This document shows positions 46,413 through 55,098 of a DNA stretch of 64,000 nt, piece by piece. The DNA is from an uncultured Gracilibacteraceae bacterium. Lineage in GTDB: Bacteria > Bacillota > Desulfitobacteriia > Desulfitobacteriales > Syntrophobotulaceae. The position numbers were made by a program, and so were the translations under genes. Numbering within the stretch: position 1 is the first letter of the stretch; each line of letters starts with the position of its first letter. Under the pieces are notes generated by a model. It had not been told where the DNA came from, ran no database searches, and worked only from the letters and a program-made list of their open reading frames with translations. Location: contig CAYZDF010000005.1 of NCBI GenBank assembly GCA_964477085.1, positions 1,233-65,232 on the forward strand, in the 5' to 3' direction.

Positions 46413-47495
46413 CTACTGGTTGTACTTATCAACCAGTTCCTGTTCGATCCCCAGCTGTTTGTTGATAGACAACTGGACATCATCAGGTATTGCCGTTTTC
46501 TCTGTTCTCGTAAGATTGATTTGATCTAAGGGCACAACCACAGGAGCCTGATCAACAAATGCCTTGAATCCTTCAGGATCCTTGAGAGCATACTTCTCGG
46601 CCCAGTCCTTCTGAGCTGGAGTTATCTTTCCGTTGGATAGTGCCATCGACACAAGCTCGTTGCGGTCACGTTGATCAAGCTTGTCTTTGAGAGAAATGAA
46701 ATCTTCTTTGCTGACATAGCCGTCCGGGTTCTTCAGGGCGATTACTCTGCCTTTTACTTCAGCAAGGGTTGCAGTATCTTTGAGGTCAAGCAAGCTTAGT
46801 ACTTCTGCATGAGCTGTGGCAGGATCTGTCTGTTTGGATTTCAGAGCTTTCAAAGATGTGAGTGCTTCAGCAGCTTCTGCATCTTCTTTGATCCCGAGGA
46901 TGATGTTGATGTCTTTGAGGTTGTTTGCTGGTGGAGCAGCTTTTAAAGCTTTTACAGCCTCCAGTATTTTTGGTTCTTCAGGTGATTCAATGCCGAGTAT
47001 TTCGGCCAGTTTTTTAAGCATCAGTTTTTCCTCCTTTAAACTATTACTTTGGTTCAGGTTCTTCAGTACTATCGGTAGCACGTTGGCCATGGCCGGGTCG
47101 TTGGTAAGGGCTACGTTTTTAACTGCGACCAGCACTTTATCATTTTTACGAGTGTAGATAACAGGGGAGAAGTACCGGTATTCTTTGTTCAGAATGTACT
47201 GACTGGCATTTCCGGTCCATTCAGCTTTCGCCCATATGCCGTCTTCTCGTGCTTCGTAATCCTTAATCCAACCTGCTGCAGGTGCCTGGCCACCATCCAA
47301 GGTTTGGTGTTCGTAGTCGATCACCGTGTCGTTACCTCGTTCACGGAATGTGTTGATAATCAGATCGGCACTTTCCCTGGTGACAAAGAAGTCACCTTTG
47401 GTGCTCTTTACAAACCCCCAGGGGAAAAGTCTAAACCATTCCGGAACTCCATCTAGTTCATTAGCTAAGATAAGTGGTATAAGGTTTTTATTCAC
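46413..47495 (-). CDS. Head maturation protease / scaffold, Mu gpI-like
   Basis: FPWGFVKSTKGDFFVTRESADLIINTF...IDYEHQTL...AAGWI...YRYFSPVI is typical of the Mu I protein. GTG start with RBS GGAGGGGG. Confidence 0.75.
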   Translation of the reverse strand: MNKNLIPLILANELDGVPEWFRLFPWGFVKSTKGDFFVTRESADLIINTFRERGNDTVIDYEHQTLDGGQAPAAGWIKDYEAREDGIWAKAEWTGNASQYILNKEYRYFSPVIYTRKNDKVLVAVKNVALTNDPAMANVLPIVLKNLNQSNSLKEEKLMLKKLAEILGIESPEEPKILEAVKALKAAPPANNLKDINIILGIKEDAEAAEALTSLKALKSKQTDPATAHAEVLSLLDLKDTATLAEVKGRVIALKNPDGYVSKEDFISLKDKLDQRDRNELVSMALSNGKITPAQKDWAEKYALKDPEGFKAFVDQAPVVVPLDQINLTRTEKTAIPDDVQLSINKQLGIEQELVDKYNQ

Positions 47496-47520
47496 ATAGG
47501 TTACCCCCTCCGTTTTTCTT

Positions 47521-47557
47521 GCGTTATGGTCGCGTTATTAGGCGTTATGAAGCGTTA
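47521..47557. repeat. Four helically phased GCGTTA (TAACGC on the phage strand) repeats
   Basis: GCGTTA at 47521, 47532, 47542 and 47552 (spacing 11, 10, 10 bp) in the MuF-to-protease intergenic gap. Confidence 0.85.
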
Positions 47558-47631
47558 CAGGTTTAGTCTTGTGCTAGCCGGCAGGGTAGATCAATTCTGA
47601 GTGAAATATGAGCCTTATCTTCGTCTAATCA

Positions 47632-48351
47632 TTACGACCTCACCGCCCGTCTAAGATATTCGTCCCGGAGATCCGGAGGATATTTTGAAAGGTCTGGTTT
47701 CCATTCGGATCTGGCTGGGTTATATGCGAACCCTGGATCAGGAATTAAAGGTCTTGCCAGTTCTCCAGGGGGCTCCACATATTTGGGTATCTCATCCGAT
47801 ATCTCTAAGCCTTTTCTTTTGACATTACTTTCGGTAAGACTTCGGACTGAGCACCTACATCGGAATCCGTTTGGTGGATACCATGTATCCCAGAAGGAAT
47901 GATCAGCAGGAAATACTTTGCCGTCCATAGCTAAATGAGTCCTTCTTGTGCGGGTGTCCTCCACTGCATCGTACTGCCAATACGGTCGGCGGCTTAGTGT
48001 CTCAGGGTCTGCCATTTGGTTGTATCGTCCTACGTTGTAGGCTGTTTGGACGTTCGTTCGAAAGACGTTATCTGCTCTATATGGCGTTAGTCCCCGCCAG
48101 CCTTTACGTTCGAGTATCTCATTAGATGACTTCCGAAACTCTTCCATCGTTAATCCATCAGTGATGGCTCTATCCAGTTCTTTGTAAATATCAAAGATGA
48201 TATCCAGGGAGGATATGCCTGAGACGGTGAATGCTTTGGCTCTGGCATCGAAGGCAAGGCTGTAGAACTGATTGGGAGGTATCGGAAGCTTATCCCGAAA
48301 GAATTCTATGGCTTCATCAAAATCTACCGGCTCCAGTCTTATATCACTCAT
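47632..48351 (-). CDS. Head morphogenesis protein, Mu gpF / SPP1 gp7 family
   Basis: RTRRTHLAMDGKVFPADHSFWDTWYPPNGFRCRCSV signature. Start moved to MSDIRLEP, giving an 8-nt overlap with the portal stop. Confidence 0.8.
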   Translation of the reverse strand: MSDIRLEPVDFDEAIEFFRDKLPIPPNQFYSLAFDARAKAFTVSGISSLDIIFDIYKELDRAITDGLTMEEFRKSSNEILERKGWRGLTPYRADNVFRTNVQTAYNVGRYNQMADPETLSRRPYWQYDAVEDTRTRRTHLAMDGKVFPADHSFWDTWYPPNGFRCRCSVRSLTESNVKRKGLEISDEIPKYVEPPGELARPLIPDPGFAYNPARSEWKPDLSKYPPDLRDEYLRRAVRS

Positions 48352-49912
48352 TGGTCGTCCACCTGCCATACAAGTCTGCGATGAAGATTGCTCTGCCAAG
48401 GAGATCCTCAAACTCAGAAGAGTCCATCTCCCTGTATACTTCCGGAAGCCGGTCTCTTAGTTCCTCCAAGGACTGTGCTTCCTGAATGGCTTTGATTAGA
48501 GGTTCTAACATTTTCTCCAGTGGTTTTCCACTCTGGTCGAGACACCGATCAGCCAGGTCATCTACAGGCGGTTGGGTTCTGGCTGGGATGTTTTCAGGTA
48601 GAATTATTCCGGATTGATTATTGGATAGAGGGATAGGAGTATTCTTTAAAGCTACCTGTCTGGTTGGAGGGATGACGAGCCTTTCCTTCTGTTTAGGTTT
48701 TGGTACCCCGAACTTCTCGTATAGGTGTTCTTCAGCTACAGGTAGCCCTATATCACCGATAAGCACACTATAGGTCTCCGCAGCGGCCTTTAAGTCTTCT
48801 GATTCTTCAAAGTGATATTTAATCCAGGGAAGCCTTTCTTCGGCACTGGGTCCAAAGTTAAAGAGTACTAGCGGACGGATGATATCCTTACGGATAGTCT
48901 CCGCAAGTGCTTTACAATCAGCTTCCTTAAGATCTTGCCGTACTTCATTGTGTGTTTTGCTGGCTGCATAACTACCTTTATCGCCAACTTCAGTGGTCAA
49001 TGTCTGTCCCAAGACTGCTTTGGACATTTCCGCATTACAAAAGTTGACTAACGTTTTGTAGACATCACTGCTGCCACGTATGGCTGAAATGAATTCTATC
49101 TCCATATTCTTGGAGATGATGCCGCCCGCATCCGATCCTAGGGAACTTATGGCATCGATTAAACTAGCTTTATCTTCTGGAGTAGCACCTTTGTCATATT
49201 TACCAAGCCTTAAGGGCATCCCGTATATTTCAGCGAAGGAAACCCAATCTTTGATGCTGTAATTCTTGAAGAGATACATCCAGGCCACTACACGTAAGAT
49301 TCCAGCTCGTGAAGGATGTCCTGAACGTGCTTTGTATTTATGGACAACGAACTTGTTCGGCAGAAGCTCTTCTCCTAGGCCAGGGTTTTCTTCAGTATGT
49401 ACTTTAAGATTATTCTGCTCATCATAGGAGAACTTCTTCTGGTGCCTCCACTTAAGCTCCTTGATCCATACCTGGTTATTTTTGATCTCCCACATGATTT
49501 CATTAACCGCAAAACCCTTGCTGATCGCATCGAGAAGGTCGAGAATATTTTCTTCCAATCCTTCAAACTCTAATGCTTTTCGGATAAAATCTACTATCCT
49601 GATATCTTCACGGTCATCGGAAAAAGGTATGATCTCCCAATCAAGTCCCAAGACTGAATTCTTCCTGGTCTGAAGGACAGAGAAGAGGTGAGGGTCTTTC
49701 TCTTCCATCTCTTCAAAAAGCTCACTCTGCCGTGATATGTCTCCATAATCAGCTTCTTTGAATATCCGTGCCAGTTTACCAGGGGTGAGTCCTGAAGTAG
49801 GGTAGGTTGAATATCTGTCCCGAATAGATACAGCTGCAATCTCCCTGTCAAGGATGGGCTTATCCTGCATCTTATTAAACTTTAGTTCTTTACCATCGGG
49901 TCCATATATCAT
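48344..49912 (-). CDS. Portal protein, Mu gp29-like (DUF935)
   Basis: Large protein after the terminase. Start moved to MIYGPDGK, where RBS AAAGGGGG lies 9 nt upstream and the ATG sits 1 nt after the TerL stop. Confidence 0.75.
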   Translation of the reverse strand: MIYGPDGKELKFNKMQDKPILDREIAAVSIRDRYSTYPTSGLTPGKLARIFKEADYGDISRQSELFEEMEEKDPHLFSVLQTRKNSVLGLDWEIIPFSDDREDIRIVDFIRKALEFEGLEENILDLLDAISKGFAVNEIMWEIKNNQVWIKELKWRHQKKFSYDEQNNLKVHTEENPGLGEELLPNKFVVHKYKARSGHPSRAGILRVVAWMYLFKNYSIKDWVSFAEIYGMPLRLGKYDKGATPEDKASLIDAISSLGSDAGGIISKNMEIEFISAIRGSSDVYKTLVNFCNAEMSKAVLGQTLTTEVGDKGSYAASKTHNEVRQDLKEADCKALAETIRKDIIRPLVLFNFGPSAEERLPWIKYHFEESEDLKAAAETYSVLIGDIGLPVAEEHLYEKFGVPKPKQKERLVIPPTRQVALKNTPIPLSNNQSGIILPENIPARTQPPVDDLADRCLDQSGKPLEKMLEPLIKAIQEAQSLEELRDRLPEVYREMDSSEFEDLLGRAIFIADLYGRWTTNE

Positions 49913-49913
49913 T

Positions 49914-51569
49914 TTAGAAAGCCCCCTTTTCCGTGAATCTGCGTTTACTGACAGACTGATATTCAACCGGTCCTGCATTTCTAGTGCTTCCTAACGCTAG
50001 GGATAAGGCAATCCGTGCGGAGTTTATCGCCATACCGAAGTGATTTTCAGTATTCTTCTTATAAGAAATACGTTTCGTGCCGTCAGCCCCAACAGTCTCT
50101 TCTTTGAGTAATTTTTTGAGGTGTCGTTTAATCTCTTCCAGAGTTTTCTCTTCTTCTATGCTTCTGGGCTTAAAGAGAAGAGCCTGGGGAGGGTTGCATC
50201 CGAATAGTCCGGTCGTCTCATCCAGAGATTCGTCACGATCTACTTGGATAACATTGACCTGCTTTTCTTCTTCACCTTCAGTGGATTCTTTGTAGTTTTG
50301 CTTGAAGTACTGGATGTATCCCATAGCTTTTTCAAGAATCCGGACCACTCTCTTTGATTCTGTTTTGTATGGCATAGCATCTACAACAAGGCAACCTGCG
50401 TTATATCTTTCTTCCAGATGAGGAATGAACTCCAGTAGATCCTCGACATCCATATGCCATGCTGCTATGATTCTGAATCCTTCATCTTTATAAGGTGCGA
50501 CTACTGCAACGTGAGCGTTATCCCCCATATCTATTCCGATTCCGCATATTTCACTGGCTCTATCTTGGAAGAAGTAGTCTGAAGCTGATTCGACCAGTTC
50601 TAAGGTTGTTGAGTTGATTGGCTGCATGTTGCCGCTGTCGGCAATACCGAGTGCTGACCTGCGAACCAGGGCAAGCTTGTTTGGTTTTCCCTGGGCACGC
50701 TTCCAACGATTCCAAATAAGATCTAGTCTGGCATCCGGGATTATTAGCTGCGGGGTGCGATATCCCATGTTTTCGTCTGATCTTTCTGGGTGCTCAGGTA
50801 CCCATTCACCCTGAGCAACATCTATAAGGGTTGAGCACTTGAGACAGATAATCTGAACTTTAGTTTTACCGGCTTCCTTGCTTTCTTTAATATTGTCTGG
50901 GAAATCTTCTTCCACGATAGACCAGCGGTTACAGCCCTGGCATTTAACCAGCCATTTTCGCATATCGCTTTGACGGTAGAGTTCGTCTATCCCATCTTCT
51001 TCAAAGAGGGGAGCAGAGAAGTATCTTTGCCAGCCAAGTTTAGATGCAAGGATTCTATCCTGAGCAAGATCCATGTTCTCTCGGTTGATCAATGCTACTT
51101 CATCGAAGAGGATCTCATCAGCCGGGATGGAGATTGCTCCACCTTTACCGTGTAGTCCTAGCATATAGAAGAAGTGAGTTCCCATTTGCTTCAAACCCGC
51201 CTGATCGGTTCCAGTAAGACGAGACTTAAGGTAAGCACTGCGTTCTACGTAGGGATCAAAGCGGGTCTGTCCAAAGCGGGTTGCTAGTCTATCAGTAGGG
51301 AGGTAGTAGATCAGGTTGGCACCCAGCACGTCCACCATATACATGGCATGGGCAAGATAGAGTGTACTAAATCCTGTCTGAGCTCCCTTGGAAGTGGTAA
51401 CGTGTGGATGGCTGAAAATAGAATCAACGATCTCTTTCATAAACGGTCTGTTGTAGACATCGTAAGGAGTGAGGTCGTCTAAGATAATGTGCTGTCGGCA
51501 GTATTCTGGAAAAGAGAGCTTGGTATGTTGTTTAAACTGTTGCTTAAATTCTTCGAAATCATTCATCAT
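49914..51569 (-). CDS. Terminase large subunit (Mu gp28-like)
   Basis: About 550 aa between the gp27-like and portal genes. Has an ATPase region and a C-terminal nuclease-like acidic motif (IGIDMGDN). Confidence 0.75.
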   Translation of the reverse strand: MMNDFEEFKQQFKQHTKLSFPEYCRQHIILDDLTPYDVYNRPFMKEIVDSIFSHPHVTTSKGAQTGFSTLYLAHAMYMVDVLGANLIYYLPTDRLATRFGQTRFDPYVERSAYLKSRLTGTDQAGLKQMGTHFFYMLGLHGKGGAISIPADEILFDEVALINRENMDLAQDRILASKLGWQRYFSAPLFEEDGIDELYRQSDMRKWLVKCQGCNRWSIVEEDFPDNIKESKEAGKTKVQIICLKCSTLIDVAQGEWVPEHPERSDENMGYRTPQLIIPDARLDLIWNRWKRAQGKPNKLALVRRSALGIADSGNMQPINSTTLELVESASDYFFQDRASEICGIGIDMGDNAHVAVVAPYKDEGFRIIAAWHMDVEDLLEFIPHLEERYNAGCLVVDAMPYKTESKRVVRILEKAMGYIQYFKQNYKESTEGEEEKQVNVIQVDRDESLDETTGLFGCNPPQALLFKPRSIEEEKTLEEIKRHLKKLLKEETVGADGTKRISYKKNTENHFGMAINSARIALSLALGSTRNAGPVEYQSVSKRRFTEKGAF

Positions 51570-52119
51570 CAAGCACCAACGCCTTTGCTTCTTCGAGTAG
51601 CTCTTCCATCCGCTTACTTAGGTCGGGGTCGTTTTTAATAACTTGAGGTATTCTCTCCCTGAATTTCTGGAAGGCTAGGTCAATCTTTTTCATGAGGTCG
51701 GCTCTAACTCGATCTTTATAGACCTTGGTTCTGGAGATTGCCACGATGAGTCTACCGGCTTTATCCATAGGCATATTGTCAAACTCTTCTTGGGCAGTTG
51801 CTACCTTCTTAGTAAGTTCGCTCATGAGCATCTGCATGGTGGCCTCGGTATAATCAGTATCGGGATTCTGCTTGATAGCAGAGACCAACGCTCTTGTCTG
51901 CTCCTGAGCTTCCATTAGTTTCTGAGCCACTGCGTTTTGCCTGAGTGCGTATCTGCCAACTGCCGATTTGGATATCTCATAACCTTTTTCACGCAGCGTC
52001 ATCGAAATGTCCAAATAAGTGACGAGGGGACTGTATAGCATTTTATGGACTTCTTCCCGGATATCTTCCGGTAGCTCATCTATCTTGCTGAAAACTCTAG
52101 TCCGTCGTTTTTTACTCAT
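51559..52119 (-). CDS. Mu gp27-like protein (DUF3486; terminase small subunit candidate)
   Basis: SKIDELPEDIREEVHKML...LREKGYEISKSAVGRYA matches the gp27/DUF3486 N-terminal pattern. Confidence 0.7.
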   Translation of the reverse strand: MSKKRRTRVFSKIDELPEDIREEVHKMLYSPLVTYLDISMTLREKGYEISKSAVGRYALRQNAVAQKLMEAQEQTRALVSAIKQNPDTDYTEATMQMLMSELTKKVATAQEEFDNMPMDKAGRLIVAISRTKVYKDRVRADLMKKIDLAFQKFRERIPQVIKNDPDLSKRMEELLEEAKALVLDDE

Positions 52120-52129
52120 AAGTCCCGCC

Positions 52130-52426
52130 TCACAATATAACGCCTGGATCTATAATGGTTGCCTCTAGCAAGTCAATCCCTTTGGCCGTTAGTTCAACAA
52201 TGTCATCATCTTGGAATTCTCTGTGACCGCCTTCTTTGATTCGGATGTATTCCTTGTCAGCAAGATAGTGGAGGACTTTGAGAGTGTCTGCGGTGATAGT
52301 TATCCCTCTGGCTATTAGTGCTCCTTTAAGATCTTCGACCGACATCGGGTCTGGATAGAAAAATCCCAGCGTCTTAATTACCTGACCCCGGTACATCTTG
52401 TTCTTGGTAGTCTGCACATCTCCCAT
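52130..52426 (-). CDS. Hypothetical winged-helix-like 98-aa protein
   Basis: RBS AAGGAGGG. No family recognised. Confidence 0.45.
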   Translation of the reverse strand: MGDVQTTKNKMYRGQVIKTLGFFYPDPMSVEDLKGALIARGITITADTLKVLHYLADKEYIRIKEGGHREFQDDDIVELTAKGIDLLEATIIDPGVIL

Positions 52427-52428
52427 TT

Positions 52429-52755
52429 TCAGCCCTCCTTGTTTCCATTGCTTTTCATACTCATGACTGCATCATATATCTTGTCTAGCTTACGTTCGTA
52501 GTTGGCCGTTACCCGAACAAACTCACTCTTACTGACATAGTCTTTAAACTGTCCGGCGATCTCTTTGGCTTGCTCAACCCTAAAGGTGTTATACTCTTTT
52601 TTAAATGCTTCCAGCTTACAGTCAGTGTCTTCAATTTTTTGCTTGTTTTCAGTGATATCTTCCTGGATGCTTTTCTTCAAGTCTTTGATAAAGTAAGCAA
52701 TAATCCCCAAGGCAACCATCGTAAGTGTTTGTACTATCCAGCTCATCTCCGGCAT
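52429..52755 (-). CDS. N-terminally anchored coiled-coil membrane protein (lysis accessory candidate)
   Basis: TM helix IVQTLTMVALGIIAYFI followed by a charged helix. Follows the holin-like gene. Confidence 0.45.
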   Translation of the reverse strand: MPEMSWIVQTLTMVALGIIAYFIKDLKKSIQEDITENKQKIEDTDCKLEAFKKEYNTFRVEQAKEIAGQFKDYVSKSEFVRVTANYERKLDKIYDAVMSMKSNGNKEG

Positions 52756-52765
52756 GATACCACCC

Positions 52766-53281
52766 TTAGCTGCTTATTTCAGGAGCTACTGGATTGTCTT
52801 TCAAAGCTATTTCATCAAGACGAGGTACTTTAGCTAATGCTAATTGAGGGCTCCTCTGCTTGACTAATTCCAGTTTCTCCTCAATAAGATTCATGATGTA
52901 TGTTTCTGCATCGCCCATGGTGCCATTGATAACGTTTAAATATTCCGGTTCGAGCGTTTTGACAATCTCCTTGTATGCTTCTAGAGATAACAATTTAAGG
53001 TCTTCTTTGTTTTTAACACCATTCCTAATTGCAAGTAGCAGCTGTTCTTTCGTGGTCTGTTCAATCTTATTGACAGTCTTAAAAGCAACATCATCCAGAC
53101 GAGCCAGGGCAGAGAATAAGAAGTCTCTGGTAGCTTCATCCTGAACCTTTTCGGTCTCAGCTTGCAGTTTCTTAATACCTTTCTGAACATAAAAGGTAGC
53201 AAGTGCACCTAAGAGAGCCATTACGGCTATCATAAGGTTAACTAAAATCTCAGTTGCTGCAGTAGTGATTTCCACCGGCAT
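52766..53281 (-). CDS. Holin-like protein (LL-H holin family pattern)
   Basis: N-terminal TM helix (ILVNLMIAVMALLGALATFYV) plus a long charged helical tail, as in LL-H-type holins. RBS AAGGAGG. Confidence 0.5.
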   Translation of the reverse strand: MPVEITTAATEILVNLMIAVMALLGALATFYVQKGIKKLQAETEKVQDEATRDFLFSALARLDDVAFKTVNKIEQTTKEQLLLAIRNGVKNKEDLKLLSLEAYKEIVKTLEPEYLNVINGTMGDAETYIMNLIEEKLELVKQRSPQLALAKVPRLDEIALKDNPVAPEISS

Positions 53282-53310
53282 AAGCCATTCCTCCTTAAAT
53301 TTTTGGGCAA

Positions 53311-53340
53311 TAAAAAAAATCCCAGTTTACACTGGGATTG
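53311..53340 (-). terminator. Rho-independent terminator after mor
   Basis: Minus strand reads AATCCCAG tgtaaa CTGGGATT followed by TTTTTT. Confidence 0.7.
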
Positions 53341-53378
53341 TATAACTTTTTGACATAAGTCTTCGAGAAAAGTACTTT
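53330..53378 (-). promoter_or_regulatory. Candidate activator-dependent late/middle promoter overlapping the terminator stem
   Basis: Minus-strand -10 TACAAT (53342-53337) has no -35 hexamer. The perfect palindrome AAAGTACTTT (53369-53378) is centred about 40-45 bp upstream of the predicted start. Confidence 0.35.
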
Positions 53379-53389
53379 AGGAATTTACT

Positions 53390-53710
53390 TTATAAACACT
53401 GTGCCGTTCCGAATAATGTTATCTGGTCTTCGTCTACTCCTTGATCTGATAGTATCTGTCTAATCCAAACCTCTGACAGCCTGTATTTCCTTGCCAACTC
53501 TTTTTGATTACTGCCGCTAAACTCTGATTTTATACGTTTATTTCTTGCTTCCTGGATGGCTGAGTCCAGCTTGTGGAAGTAGAATCCAGTTCCCTGGTAC
53601 TTATCTGCTAGTTTCAATGTGGGCTCAAAACCGATGAGTTCGACCATCTCCCTGTAGCAGGAGGGTAGGTCCTCTAGTTTGATTTCATCCATCCATTCTT
53701 CATATGTCAA
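53390..53710 (-). CDS. mor: Mor/C-family transcriptional activator
   Basis: MVELIGFEPTLKLADKYQGTGFYF...RNKRIKSEFSGSNQKELARKYRLSEVWIRQIL is the Mor pattern. TTG start with RBS AGGAGG. Confidence 0.8.
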   Translation of the reverse strand: MTYEEWMDEIKLEDLPSCYREMVELIGFEPTLKLADKYQGTGFYFHKLDSAIQEARNKRIKSEFSGSNQKELARKYRLSEVWIRQILSDQGVDEDQITLFGTAQCL

Positions 53711-53748
53711 ATCAATTACCTCCTTTATACAGGATTAGGAGAGAAAAA

Positions 53749-54186
53749 TCAACTAAGTTTTTGCAGGTTTTCCTGCGAACTTCTCTTCTTGCGTTCGTTT
53801 CTAAGAACCTTTTTAAGTGATTCTATCAGGTCAGAAGCTTGTTTGAACTCCAGCCATTCTATCTTTTCGACCTTTGAATATTTCTCCATAAACTTGCGTA
53901 GTCTTTTTGGGTTGTCTATCCATCCAAGTTTCTCTTCTAGCTGACGGATCTTCCAGAGCTGTTGGGGAGTTGCTTTCCCAGGCAGGGTATTTTGCTGATC
54001 CTTTATCCTTCCCAAGTGGCACAACACTTTGTATAGCTCCCGGTCAGTGCATAGCTTCATGCTTTCTTTGCCTGTGGCTTCGTACATCGCCGCCCGGACA
54101 TCGTCCTCTTTCATTTGGAGTTCGTTCTTGGCCATCCCCCAAATTTGCCTGATCATATGGGTTCTAGTATTCAAAGCTTTGGCCAT
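53749..54186 (-). CDS. gemA: GemA / Mu gp16-like protein (DUF1018)
   Basis: IRQIWGMAKNELQMKEDDVRAAMYEATGKESMKLCTDRELYKVLCHL and a second QLWKIRQLEEKLGW repeat, as in gp16. Confidence 0.7.
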   Translation of the reverse strand: MAKALNTRTHMIRQIWGMAKNELQMKEDDVRAAMYEATGKESMKLCTDRELYKVLCHLGRIKDQQNTLPGKATPQQLWKIRQLEEKLGWIDNPKRLRKFMEKYSKVEKIEWLEFKQASDLIESLKKVLRNERKKRSSQENLQKLS

Positions 54187-54196
54187 ATCTTCCTCC

Positions 54197-54709
54197 TTAA
54201 GACGTAGCTTTTAGTCGTTCTCGATCTGTCTCATACCAGAAGATATCATCAATCTTCTTCATGGCTCCGACTTCCAAGATAGTGTCATCATCATACTTAG
54301 CTAAGACTTCCTTATTGACGCTTTCTTTCACGTTGATACAATCCTGCATCTTTCGCTTTTTTAAAGCATCCAGTACCTTAACAGCAGACCTGATTACAAT
54401 CTTGGTGGATTTGCGATAACCCAGTTTACCGAAATTTAATTCTTTCGTTTTGCCTTTCATCTCTATACGGTTTACTTCAGTGAACTCTTTGACATCTGCG
54501 GCAAGGTCTTCAATACGTTTATAATATGGTTTTGCAGCTTCCTCAGCTTCAAATTTAAGATCTGAAATCTTCTGGGTGAGATCTGCTTCCTGGCGTTCGA
54601 TAGCAAGTTCATATTCACAAATCTCTTTAAGACATAAATCTACATCATCCCAGCTTGCTAACCTTGGTCCTTCATCAGGCATCCGTACTCTTGTTGATGT
54701 TTTATTCAT
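54197..54709 (-). CDS. gam: Host-nuclease inhibitor Gam (Mu Gam family)
   Basis: Coiled-coil N-terminus and KTKELNFGKLGYRKSTKIVIRS...NKEVL are typical of Mu Gam. Confidence 0.75.
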   Translation of the reverse strand: MNKTSTRVRMPDEGPRLASWDDVDLCLKEICEYELAIERQEADLTQKISDLKFEAEEAAKPYYKRIEDLAADVKEFTEVNRIEMKGKTKELNFGKLGYRKSTKIVIRSAVKVLDALKKRKMQDCINVKESVNKEVLAKYDDDTILEVGAMKKIDDIFWYETDRERLKATS

Positions 54710-54872
54710 AACTGTGATCTTCTTCCTCTATAAAAAATCCTTTTACCTGTCCGGCTTCTACTCGGACGCATACTCCTTCTTTGTGTACGGTATCTATTAC
54801 TTCAACAGGGAGAGTGCTCCAATAGGCTTTGTCTTGCCACAATGACCGCATTATGATTTCCGTATATCTCAC
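54702..54872 (-). CDS. Small 56-aa protein (below ORF-track cutoff)
   Basis: Own translation: GTG 54872 lies 8 nt after AGGAGG. MRYTEIIMRSLWQDKAYWSTLPVEVIDTVHKEGVCVRVEAGQVKGFFIEEEDHSYE. The stop overlaps the gam start. Confidence 0.45.
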   Translation of the reverse strand: MRYTEIIMRSLWQDKAYWSTLPVEVIDTVHKEGVCVRVEAGQVKGFFIEEEDHSYE

Positions 54873-54890
54873 AAGTTTAACCTCCTTTTG

Positions 54891-55091
54891 TCAGAAACCT
54901 CCTTCGATATCTTCCAGCATGTCTTTCCGCTGATCTTCCTGTTTCTTTGCTCCCTGAGTTTTACGCAGATTACAGTTTTCACAGGTGGAGCGGAGGACCC
55001 GGAGGATATCGCCTAGAGCTTCTGCTCTTGGTATCTCATCTTCTTTAAATCTCTGCAGTATCTCTACTATTCGTTCTCCGGGGCTCCTCAT
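54891..55091 (-). CDS. Hypothetical 66-aa early protein
   Basis: ORF in operon register. Weak RBS. Confidence 0.4.
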   Translation of the reverse strand: MRSPGERIVEILQRFKEDEIPRAEALGDILRVLRSTCENCNLRKTQGAKKQEDQRKDMLEDIEGGF

Positions 55092-55098
55092 GCTTCAT

